Assembly (NCBI GenBank): GCA_051362555.1
Contig: CM120640.1
Coordinates: 38,790,788-38,854,787 of the forward strand
Origin: Lingula anatina
Taxonomy: Eukaryota; Animalia; Brachiopoda
DNA: 64,000 nucleotides
Reading direction: 5' to 3'
The translations under genes were made by a program, and so were the position numbers. The notes below the pieces were generated by a model that worked only from the letters and a program-made list of their open reading frames with translations, did not search any database and was not told the DNA's origin. This document shows, one piece after another, positions 12,001 through 24,600 of the stretch. Position 1 is the stretch's first letter. The number at the start of each line of letters is the position of its first letter.

Positions 12001-14270
12001 CACATTGTTGAGAAGAAACTATGGTTACTCAAAAAATATATGGCATATAATAATAATTATAATTTTTATTTACAGTCTTAAATCCATATAAAATGTTCAG
12101 TAGATTTTACAGTGGTAAAATGAAAAGAATATGATCAAAAGAGTCAATAATAAAAAATAGACAGTTAAGATATAAAGATATTGAAATATATGGTGCAATG
12201 TAAATAAATATATACTGTAGGTCCCATTCAAAACAAGATGATCCACCAACAAGCAGATCTGCCAACTAAATAGGGCCGACCCCACTTTAAAAGTGATAGC
12301 ACTGAATCCCGAAGGTCTCACTGCCTCCACATGTGCCCTTAAATGGATTTAACCTTGTGTCCGGGTTTAATTATTAGGCCCCTGCAGTAGTGGCGTGTGT
12401 GGGGGCAAGAAGACCTTTAAGGAATTAATGGCATTGCTTTTGAAGTGGGGTAAAACATTTAGTGGACGGATCTGCTTGTCAGTGGTCCATTCATTCTGTT
12501 GCTTCAATAACCAACCCACATATTGCTAACAATAAAGTATTTACCTATCTAAAAGTATTGCTTTGGTACGGTAAAGTCTTGAAAATTTCGTCGTTCTTGA
12601 AAATTTGACTATTACGGTATTTAATCTAACACTGATGCTCTTTATATCACAAACATATTCCTTTACATTCATCAGTTCCACATTGTTGAGAAGAAACTAT
12701 GGTTACTCAAAAAATAAATGGCATATAATAATAATAATAATATTTATTTACAGTCTTAAATCCAAATAAAATGTTCAGTACATTTTACAGTGGTAAAATG
12801 AAAAGAATATGATCAATAGAGTCAATAATAAAAAAATTGACAGTTAAGATAAAAAGATAATTAACAAGCAGATCCGCCAACTAAATAGGGCTGACCCCAC
12901 TTTAAAAGTGATAGCGCTGAATCTCGAAGGTCTCACCGCCTCCACATGTGCCCTTAAACGGATTTAACCTCGGAATAATCAACTAAAGATTAAGTTTTAG
13001 ATCGACCTAACGCCCTGGGGGTTCACGCTAAATTGCAGTCAGCCGAGCGGGCACCATAGTTAATTACCCCCTTACAGCTTTTAGTAGGTGGGACAGACGC
13101 GTAAGCCAGCCAAGCTGACAGTAATCTAGTGAGACTTCCCACAGGTATATATCGATCTAAAAATCTATGGAAATGGGGTGTAAGATGATCCTGAGACTTA
13201 AATGACAAGTATGTAAAACAATACTTACATTCTATTGCCACACTAATTATCCTGACAAGGTGCAATTGACTGATTGAGTAACTGACTAAGTGAGTAACTT
13301 CAACTGGGAACTGGAAGAAATAGAAAATTATATAAACTCAATTGACTATTATGGTATTTAATCTAGCACTGATGCTCTTTATATCACAAACAAATTCCTT
13401 TACTTTTCATCAGCTCCACATTGTTGAGAAGAAACTATGGTTACTCAAAAAATATATGGCATATAATAATAATTATAATTTTTATTTACAGTCTTAAATC
13501 CATATAAAATGTTCAGTAGATTTTACAGTGGTAAAATGAAAAGAATATGATCAAAAGAGTCAATAATAAAAAATAGACAGTTAAGATATAAAGATATTGA
13601 AATATATGGTGCAATGTAAATAAATATATACTGTAGGTCCCATTCAAAACAAGATGATCCACCAACAAGCAGATCTGCCAACTAAATAGGGCCGACCCCA
13701 CTTTAAAAGTGATAGCACTGAATCCCGAAGGTCTCACTGCCTCCACATGTGCCCTTAAATGGATTTAACCTCGTGTCCGGGTTTAATTATTAGGCCCCTG
13801 CAGTAGTGGCGTGTGTGGGGGCAAGAAGACCTTTAAGGAATTAATTGCATGGCTTTTGAAGTGGGGTAAAACATATTTAGTGGATGAAACTGTTTGTCAG
13901 TGGTCCATCTATTTTGTTGCTTCAATAACCAACCCACATATTGCCTACAATTTAGTATCTGCCTAGATGTTTTGCCTTTTCTATATACTTGAATTCTAGT
14001 AGCTATCTACATCAAATGCATATTTCTGGTATTTTGATGATCGTGAGACTTAAATGCTTATGATTTAAAACAAACAATACTTACACTCTATTGCCACACT
14101 AATTAATCTGCAAAGCTTCAACTGAATTGCTTCTAATATCAACTGTGAGCTGGAATATTATATAAATTCAACTGACTTTTATTTAATCTAGCATTGATGC
14201 TCTTTATATCACAAACATACTCCTTCACTTTTTATCAGCCACAATGTTGAGAAGAAACTATGGTTACTAC
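9010..14270. repeat. 1416-bp tandem array (~3.3 near-identical units plus degenerate edges)
   Basis: Identical sequence recurs at 10191/11607/13023 and 10681/12097/13513. Each unit has two related subunits and two fold-back elements. Confidence 0.95.
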
Positions 14271-14766
14271 AAGTATATTAAAATATCACCAGTAATGTTA
14301 GCAATTACTAGTACTGTAACACAGGATAACCCTTGACCCCCTTTTAGAGCAAAGTACACATGCTGTTCAACACCATAAGACAAATGCATTATCCTGTGAA
14401 TCAATGAAAGGCAAATTCTCTTCAATAAAGAAATGTGGCATCAATTCAGACAAGCAAGACACCATTAATTACCATTTAATGAGATTTTTCACATAGCTAT
14501 TCTTTCGTGAGTAGTGTTGATGCACATCTCTAAAAGTTACTGCACAGTTTCAAATACTATAGAGCTTAAGAATACAGATTTGACATGAACATCTTCAGTG
14601 TCTGATGTTATGTATATATGATCTTTTCAACTGTTGATTAGGATTTTTTGCTTTATTTTTGCTCCTTAATTGTTTCTGATAGCAGTATAAATAAATCCCC
14701 TTAAAAACTAACAAACTGAAATTTACAACTTACCAAGCTTCTTCTGTAAACCAGTAGCCTTACAAT

Positions 14767-15035
14767 GTCTCTAGTTGCACATTTCTAGGTCACTGCATCT
14801 CATTAGTCAAATGAACTGGGGATTGTGGGAAACCTCTTGATGAGAGCTTAGAATCTTCCAAAGGGAGTTCTGGCTTTTCTGTTAACCTCTCCACCCTTAG
14901 CAACAGTGTCTAGTTGCACATTTCTAGGTCACTGCATCTCATTAGTCAAATGAACTGGGGATTGTGGGAAACCTCTTGATGAGAGCTTAGAATCTTCCTA
15001 AGAGAGTTCTGGCTTTTCTGTTAACCTCTTCCCCC
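14767..15035. repeat. 139-bp tandem duplication
   Basis: CTAGTTGCACATTTCTAGG at 14771 and 14910. Confidence 0.9.
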
Positions 15036-15259
15036 ACAGTGTAATAAAAAAGCAACAGCTGCAGCACACACCACCTAAAATGCTGCTTAGTCATTTCTTA
15101 AGTGTGCCAAAGAAACTATATTTCTGTATTTCTAAGAATGTGTCAATATAACTTGAAAATGCCAAAATACGAAAAATCATTTTTCACAAAAAAGTATAAC
15201 TTCCAGAAAAATTAACTAAACAGAATGCTTTTCCAGAGGAAGCTGCATTTAAGGCACAT

Positions 15260-17790
15260 GTTTCTTTCCTGTAAATTTGGGAAGAGTGAGTGACATGGTT
15301 TTCCTTTAATGGGCACTATGGTGGCAGTGCCTAAAATAGAGTTTTCTTCATTTTTAATGCAATATTGCATAATGCTTAACTGCATAATGACTATCAAATT
15401 TTAATGAAAAAATATCAAAGTATCATAAATATTCAGAAAATGTGACTAGCAAGGTTTTTCGGGACTATGAAACTTCAAAGTCACACCTTGAAATTACCGA
15501 AATGTAAACAAGACAGAACTGTACTGAAATGGGTTTATTTCCATTTTAACATTTTTTTTACATAAAACAATTAATTTCCTGTACTTTTCTTAATGATCAA
15601 CTAAGAAAATTGTTGAGACATAGAAAGTATATATAGAACAATATTAAATGTTCAGTTTGCTCCATTTTGAGATTCTGAACATAGTAAATGATTAAATCTG
15701 ACAAACTGCAATAATTTGCCTTTTTTCCATTTTTAAGACTTAATTACACAATAGATTAATACAGGTTTCACACCATTTTTATGTAATCAACTAACAATAT
15801 TGTAAAGATGAAAAATTTGTCAAAAGAAAATTTATACGTATCTTATAAGTTCAATATTGAGACTGTAAACATGCCTAAGAATTGAATCTGAGGTAAAAGC
15901 ACTTATAAACAAAACAAGGCATAACTGCATCAAAACGGAACCAATCAAGTTTACTTTCAAACTCGACCTGCACTTTAGTAAGATTAAGCTCTCCTGTGAG
16001 TTTCATGTCAATAAGCCTATTAGTTTTCCTTGAAATATGTTTACAGTGTTGCATATATGCTGAAAAGTGAAAAAACAGCATAACTTAATTCTACAATAAT
16101 GGCCCGATCATGCTAATTTTTGAACTTGACCTGCGTTTTATGAATAATCATCAGCTCTGTAAATATATACAGCCAAAAAGGAACTTATCATGTTTACAAT
16201 CAAAGTGCACGGTGCCGGCGATGGGGACAGCGACGGCAATGACAGACGCAAATGATGGCAATATGTGCAGACACATCTGTACATATTTACTGTACTGTTT
16301 GAGAACAGTAAGTGACATCATTTTTCTTAAATGGTCATCATGGGAGCAGTGCCCAAAATAGGTTATTTCAAATTTTGATGCAATATTACATAATGTTTAA
16401 CAGCATAATGACCATCAATTTTTAATAATAAAATATTAGTATTATGGATATTCAGAAAATGTGACTAGCAAAGGTCTTCAAGCCCATGGAACTTCAAATT
16501 CACAACATGAAAATGCCAAAATTTAAACAAGACCACACTTTTCTGAAATGTTTTTTTTCACATTTTAACAAATTTTTTTCAACAAATTATAACATAAAAC
16601 AAATTTAACATTTTACTGCCATTTTTATATGATCAACTAAGAAAGTTGATGAGATGGGAAAAATATCAATAGAGCAGTGTTAAATGTCCAATTTCTTCCA
16701 TTCTGAGATTCTGAACATACTGAATGATTGAATCTGACAAACTGCAATGATATGAGTTTATTTCCATTTTTGAAACTTTATTACACAATACATGAGAACA
16801 AGTTTACCATCATTTTTACATAATCGACTAACAATGATGTAAAGATGAAGGAATGTCAAACAAACACTTTTACATATGTTATTAGTTCAATAATGAGACT
16901 GTTAACATGCCTCAGAATTGAAACTGAGGAAATGTGAAACAAGACAGCACTGTTCTGAAATGGTTTTTTTCCCATTTTTTTTACATAAAACAAAATTAAC
17001 AGTTTACTGCCATTTTTATATGATCAACTAAGAAAATTAACGAAATGGGAAAAATATAAATAGAATAGTGTTAAATGTCCAATTTCTTCCATTCTGAGAT
17101 TCTAAACATACTGAATAATTGAATCTGACAAACTGCAATGATATGAGTTTATTTCCATTTTTGACACTTTATTACACAATACACCATAACAAGTTTACCA
17201 TCATTTTTACGAAATCAACTAACAATGTTGTAAAGATGCAGAAAATGTCAAACAAACACTTTTACATATCTTATTAATTAAATAATGAAACTGTAAACAT
17301 GCCTAAGAATTGAATCTAAGGAAATGTGAAAAAACAGCATAACTTCTAAAATAATGGCCCGATTATGCTTATTTTCAAACTCAACCTGCATTTTAGTAAG
17401 ATTGACCACTCCTGTGAGTTTAAATGACAATTGGCCTATCTGTTTTTCTTATATTGTGTTTACAGTGTTGCATATATGCTAAAAAGTGAAAAATTAGCAT
17501 AACTACTAAAATAGTGGCCCGATCATGCCGATTTTCGAACTTGACCTGTGTTTTAGTAAGATTGATTGCTCCTGTGAGTTTCATGACAACAGGCCTATCG
17601 GTTTTCCTTGAAATGTGTTAACAGTGTTGTATATATGCTGAAAAGTGAAAAAATAGCATAACTTCTACAATAATGGCTCGATTATGCTGATTTTTGAACT
17701 TGACCTGCATTTTATGAATATTCATCAGCTCTGTAAATATAAAGCCAAAAAGTAAAACTGTCTTCCACTTATCGTGTTAACACTGAAAGT
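15260..17790. repeat. Duplicated Helentron subterminal region with ~160-bp satellite monomers
   Basis: GAAAAA..AGCATAACT recurs at ~17328, 17488, 17647. 15260-16290 is a diverged copy of 16320-17875, including a decayed terminal hairpin at ~16262-16285. Confidence 0.75.
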
Positions 17791-17971
17791 GCACGGCGCC
17801 GGCATCGGCATCGGCATCGGCGACGACAGACGCAGGTGATGGCAATATGTACAGACACATCTGTGTCTGTACATAAAAAAAAACCTTTTATCCAGCCAAC
17901 TCTGTAACAAAACCCACAGACAGTGACTGTGAAATAAAGATTCATCCAACACAAAAAACAAGCATAAGTAC

Positions 17972-18629
17972 CTCCTTCCCACCATCTCTGCCATAGCCAC
18001 TCTCCTTGTATCCGCCAAACCCTGCAGCAGCATCAAACATGTTGTGGCAGTTGACCCAGACTGTGCCTGCCTTGATGTTTAGCGCCATCTCTAGTGCTAG
18101 GCTGATCTTCTCTGTCCACACACTGCCGCCCAGACCATAATTGGTGTTGTTGGCAAGAGCTATGGCCTCTTTAGCTGTCCTGAATGGAAGCACCACCAAG
18201 ACAGGCCCAAAGATCTAAATGATAACATTAAGACCTGCATGTGTTATTGGTGTTTTTTTTATATTCATATATTTTTATTCAAAGTTTATTTATTTCATCT
18301 TTGATACCACCAGCAATTGTTCTCACACATCCATACACAGCATGGAATATAAACCTTGCGGTACACATATACTAAATTCCAATGATTCAACTTTTTTTTA
18401 GGAAAAGGCTTGCTCTGAATCTAAGTTTGATGTACATTTTATGTCAATATTGTGAAAAAGGGCAATTTTACAAAGAAAAAAATGTAACTTCTAAATCCAC
18501 TAATAAGTTTTCCTATGAATTTCATAGATTTTAAAAACAGTCTTATTCTACATTAATTACTTCATTAATAACAATAAATGAAAAGAAAGAAAGGGGTGAA
18601 ATTCTTACTGCATATCAAATCAGGATATC

Positions 18630-18671
<42 letters not shown>

Positions 18672-21600
18672 TAGAGGATCAGAGAGGCGATACCGCCTCC
18701 TGGTATAGTACCACCAGCTGGGGCATGCGCATTTGTATGGGAAAGAAAAAGAAAGTGGGGCCCCACCTGTACGGTTGTGGTTGACAAGCTTCAGGAAATG
18801 CAGTAAACAAGATTTTTTTTCTTTTTTTTTCTTTTTGTACGTAATTATCATTTATAAAGAAATTGTGGGGAACAGTGAAAGGTAAAATTCAAGGTTATAG
18901 TAAGATTGTAAATGTAGGACCTGGAATTTAAGCTGTTTACATACTGTAATGGGAACAATGTTTAATGTTTGTTCATTTTCAGGTTTAGCTTTGTTGCCTT
19001 TTATCCACCTAAACAAACCAGCTTAAAGGGATCATAACTGTTCTTATAAGATCTATATTTCACAGTAAAAAACACTGTGAAGAACTCATAGAAATATAAT
19101 ATATTCTATTTTACCACAAAAACGGCAGTTATAGCTATTATTCTGATATCTGAGCTTGTCTTTAGAACACATGACCTCCATTTATGACTATACTCTGTTA
19201 TAATCTCTGAAAAGAGAAAAATACCAGGGACTAATTTTAAATGTAAAAATGGATTCATTAACCATTGGTAAGTATGGGAAAATTGTTGTTTACTCAGGAA
19301 AATTCATTTTTTGGCCAAAACAAAGAGCTATTATTTCTTTAAGTATTTCAGTATTGAAACTACGAACTTGGCATAAAAATAAAATGTCTTTGTACCTGTA
19401 AACTAAATGAGATGTATATTTCACAATAAAAAGATTGTGAACAATTCATAGAAATATAATATATTCTGTTTTACCACAAAAACGGCAGTTAAAGCTATTG
19501 TTCTGATTTTAATTATTAATTATTATATTAATATTTTTACATTTATATGTTTTAATGTGTATTTACTTGAAATAGGTACTTTAATTGATTCATCACTTTT
19601 TGTCAAAACATAGTTCTTGAAAGTGTAGCTTTTGAAAATAAAACTTTTTTTATTACAGAAATGACTTATTTTGTATAACATATGACTTCATCTTCAATTT
19701 TAACAGTACGTACTAGCATATCTCTGCCAGCTTTGGAGATATGAAAATTGAAAAATTTGTAAAATGCAGTTCCTGCTAAAAAGTAGTCCAAATCAAATTT
19801 AAGGTCACATTAACATATCCCATTCAATTTCAATAGCCACTGCAGGTGTATATGTGCCACTTTTGAATAACAAATAGGTCAAAGGTCAATTTCAGGGTCA
19901 AAATAAGAATGAAAATATACGACTTCTTATTCAAGTTCAATTGTAACTAATGGTGTATCCCTGCCAGGTTGAGAGATAAAAGGGACAAAAATTTGAAAGG
20001 TTCAGTTTATGGTAAAAAGTGTGTCAAAGGTCAATTTCAAGGTCACTGTTGGATTAACAGCATATGACTTCCATAAGTCAATAGCAACTTTGGGCTTATC
20101 TCTGCTAGGTCTGGAGATAAAAGGGAAAGAAAATTTGCAAGGTTCAGTTTATGGCGAAAAGTAGGTCAAAGGTCAATTTCAAGGTCACAGTTTGACTGCC
20201 AGTATATCACTTCCTATTCAAGGTCAATAGTAACTATAGGTGTATCTTTGCCAGTTTTTGGGTATTTCCAGAATAAGAGAGGATTTTCAGTTTTGGCATC
20301 TAAGTAACGGCTGCTTCTCCCGTGAAAATGCACTGATTGAACCCAATCTCCCAAAGATGAAAGGAGTCCCCAATTTTAACCCCCCACTGTAACATAAGAG
20401 CTAAAGTCTGTGTAGTTTCTGAAAATTGCCACAAACAAATATTTTTTTGCAGAAAATTCCCATTTTTAGACAATTTTGGCCTATTTGACCTTGAAATAAA
20501 AGTCAAAGGTCAAATCCAAGGGCATATTTAGAATCTTTACATATGACTTTCGGTCAGACTTCTATGGTAATTTTTCCCATAATTCCTTCAGTTTTGGAGA
20601 TATTTGGCATTGAATTTTCAAAAATTTTGACAAGGGTGCATTTTCATGAGCTTCACGCCCAGGCCAATGCACCAACTGAGACCAAAAAAACAGGGGGTTC
20701 AAGTTGAGATTATATGTAACCTAAATCCAAAAGATGGGAGCATGGGTCCATACCGTCTAGGAGGAGAAGCGGTAACGGTGACTTGTATCCGGCGCCAGAA
20801 CATGGAGCCGGCGGAGCCGCAGGAGCCGGCGGAGCCGGCGGAGCCAACGGAGCCGTACGACACGGGTCGGGACTAAAACCATGAGTACCGCCAGCGTACA
20901 CGCTGGCGGTACTAATAAACACATTTCAACGACAAAAATTGTCCTTTTTTTATAAAGTAAAGAAAATAATCTCTTAAATACCTCTTCCTGGACGACCCTG
21001 GAAACGGTCTGCACATTCGTGATGAGAGTCGGAGGATAGAAGCAGCCTACCTGGGGCACTTCACTTGGCTGGTAAACCTGAAGACAAAAAATCCATCAAC
21101 ATGCTTCAGCTCAAAGAAACATGATAGCAAGTGAGAACAGTTCGTGATGAAAGTGAAGTGGTGCGTAAAATGACGGATTGTGTAAAATATCTGATAAATT
21201 TACAGCACACCTGAGGCATGTGCTGTTATTGACACTTGCTATACGTACTGAACGATAAAAGATTTTCCAGTTATAGCGTTTCTGTAAAAATTAACAGGAA
21301 ACATACCTATGCTTTTAAAATTAAGATTTTTGTTTATTTCATTGAAAACAAATCCCTAAAAGATCCCATGAAAAAGTCATTTGGCCTGTGTTCATTATTT
21401 GTATCAATTAAAGTTGTTGATAGTGATTGTTTTTTTTTTTAATTTTCTGAAAGGTTTAAAATGCTAAACACTGCATAAAAAAATTATCACTTGATAAGCT
21501 CTGTCCAAGTGTACAACAAGTGACTGAAATACAGGAATATATTTCTTTTTTAAATATACCTCACTTAATCCTGGGCAGACAATGAAAATAAGAAACACTT

Positions 21601-24600
21601 TCTTTTTCATTCTGAGACATAAAATCTATGTTCAAAGCCTCAAAACAACATAAAAACATTAAGATCATTCAATATTTTATAACCTTCCCTGTACTTAAAA
21701 AAGTATCCAGCAAACAAAAAGCAATGATAACTTGCTTTTCATATTTATACATATTCCAACAAAAAAAATTACCTATTGCTTTACACGTATGTCTTTTCTC
21801 CGGTAACCTTCATTTATAATTGATGGCAAATCCATGAAAATCATATTTCATGAGATTACATTTGTAATTAACTGGTCCCCACCCTGGACCTACCTCTGCC
21901 CCCTCACGCCTGGCCTCCTCCACATATTCTACTACAGTCCTGTACTGAGACTGATCCACTAAGGCTCCCATGTCGATGTTCTTCTGCAGGCTGTTCCCTA
22001 CCCTGAAGTGGGTGAGACGTTCCTTCAGTTTGTTCACTAGTTCCTCCATCACTGGTTCTTGAACTAAAAGTTTTGATCCAGCACTACAAACCTGTAGATA
22101 GAATCACTTATTTCACTTCTACCAAAACCTTTAAATATGAGGCATTTTTGAAAAGATTTATTTGAGTAAGTTTGGAATATTTACATAATTCAAATATGTT
22201 CTTAAAGATTCTAGGGAGTCACGTTATTTCCGAGAGAGAATAAAAGAAGAATTTTTCTAATTTCTATAAAGATAAGTAGAATTTTTTATAGACAGTATTG
22301 TTGAATACGGGCAAAAAGCACATTACACTACACTTGATTGCCTGAGCAGACTTCAATTAAAAATCCCACCTGTCCCTGGTTGAACCAGATGGCATCCACT
22401 ATTCCCTCCACGGCACTGTCCAGATCTGAGGACTCAAAAACCACCACTGGAGACTTGCCACCAAGCTCCAAGGACAATTTCTTACCTGTGCCTGCCAGGA
22501 CACGCCGCAGCGTCTGTCCTACCTGAAAAACATGTTTGAAAAACATGAATTCCAAAAATAAACACCTACCATTGTCATACATTTACAGTATAGTCTCTAA
22601 AAAGATTGTCAAGAACATAATTATTACATATGGAAGAAGAGGAAGGACCACTGATATATTTGTCTGGACACCTTGCATGGACATCAAAACAAATGCAATG
22701 AAATTGACCCATCAACTAAATATACCATATGAATTACACAGAAAAATTACACATTATACATAATTACACACAACTTGTGCAGAGCAAGAATTTTTAAATA
22801 TATTTTAGGAGAGCAAAAACCATAATTCCAATTAAAATTCTATTAAGATTACTATAGCTTATGAACTTTCAACATTTTCACCTGTGTTGATCCAGTGAAG
22901 GCCACTTTATCAACATCAGGATGACATGCCAGCAAGCTACCAAAGGCACCATTCCCTGTGACCACATTAAACACACCAGGTGGCAGGCCAGCCTCAGCAC
23001 ACACTTCCGCCAGCAACAAGGCACTCAGTCGCGTGTACGTAGCAGGCTTCAGGACTACAGTGTTCCCCATTGCTAAAGCTGGGGCAACCTTCCAAGTGAG
23101 CAACATCAGAGGGAAGTTCCAGGGCACAATGCCACCAACAACACCTGAAGAGTAGAAGATAATATTTATTATTCTTCTGATGTCAAAAAATATTTTTGAA
23201 ATACATACATCAGGTATGCTTAATTAAAAGTACTAAAAAACTTGTTATGTCTTAAAATACAGGCACAGAATGTAGAAAATTTAAAACTGGATATTGTGAA
23301 CAATTTCATCCATACATACCCACTGACTTCCATCCCCTCATCTCCGTATCCATGAGTTGTGCCCAGCCTGCGTGGTGATAGAAATGGCGGACTACGGTGG
23401 GAATGTCAGCATCCCTGGTCTCACGGAATGGCTTGCCATTGTCCATGCTCTCCAGTACACTGAACAGACGCATGTGTTTCTGCACATGACGGGCAATACT
23501 GTATGGTAAAGAAACAGTATTGTAAAATATACATGTACTAGTAAGACAGCATCATTGTACTAGATAGTACAAAACTGGATCAGAGTTCCCAAAAGTGCAA
23601 TATTTGGGGGGTCTTGATGCTGTTTTAGGGAAAATAATCCTACATTCTGTTGTCCCAACCAGTGATTTAAAAATAGTAGAACTGCGTCATAATTTTAGGC
23701 TGAGTCCAAAGTGACCCCTAATCAAAACAATAATAAATAGATAAATAAACTAGAGAAAACTGTATCATAACATGGCTGAGTCTCGAGTGAATTGGTTTGT
23801 GCTCTCAACCTCTGCCTTCCTATACACTTTTGACACCTACATGAAACTCACTTAACTTACATTACAGAAAGAGAAGAATGAAATATTCCTTTTGAATCAT
23901 GTTTTTTGTATGGATAAAAAAATAACCAAAATAAGAAGTTATATCAGCCAAATACAACAAAAACGTAAAGGTAAAAGACTGACAGCATATCATGAGTCCC
24001 TAGGTAGAAAACACTTCAACTTTCCACACATTTTTCCTGTTGGATCAAAATTCATTTGCTACATGATCACAGAAGTAGCAGCATTTATGAAGTGTGTATA
24101 CATTAGGTATGATAAGACAGGGGTTTTCAATAATTTCTGTTTTGGTTCTAAAACACAAAATTAGACGTAATATTTTGGGCTGAGGTCTCAGGCTGATGGG
24201 TTGGATTACAGAGATGCACCACTATGCCTCAGACATGCAAATCAATCCCCAGTGAACTGATAAATAGTTGTCTGCTGACATATTTAAAACAACACAGTTT
24301 TAACTTGGTGCTGGTAAGAATGAACCTATGCAAACTTAAAACATACCTGTATAAGTGCCTGGCTCGCACATGACCAGGGGTTTTACTCCAAGTTTCATAA
24401 GCCTTGCATGCGGAGGCCACTGCAAGGTCGACATCTGCCTTTTCTCCCTGGATGGTAGATGCCAAGACTTCACCTAGGACAGGAAATAAGACACCAAACA
24501 GATTTTCATTTCATGTTCCGCATTTCGCCATCTCTTTTTTTCCCTTCTCTTATGATGTATAACAATGGGTGTGCTTGATTTCTTATTTCGTGTTCACATG

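Larger units (their letters stand above)
1..17883 (-). mobile_element. Autonomous Helentron (Helitron2); 5' terminus near 17883, 3' part outside the window
   Basis: RepHel ORF at 6519..<1. On the minus strand the far end shows a T-run (17883-17875), a hairpin (TATGTACAGACACA-x-TGTGTCTGTACATA, 17846-17875), a (CCGATG)n microsatellite and a ~160-bp satellite: the usual Helentron/HINE left end, in the same orientation as the ORF. Linking this terminus to the ORF is inference. Confidence 0.75.

Noticed and set aside
10191-13746. Repeated 77-80 aa ORFs (MHLVRIIS.., MEAVRPSG..)
   Set aside because: They recur only because of the 1416-bp array, cross MITE junctions and have no protein motifs.
20646-20922. 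Pro/Ala-rich ORFs (also 56142-56263 and 17769-17954)
   Set aside because: Translations of HINE microsatellites.
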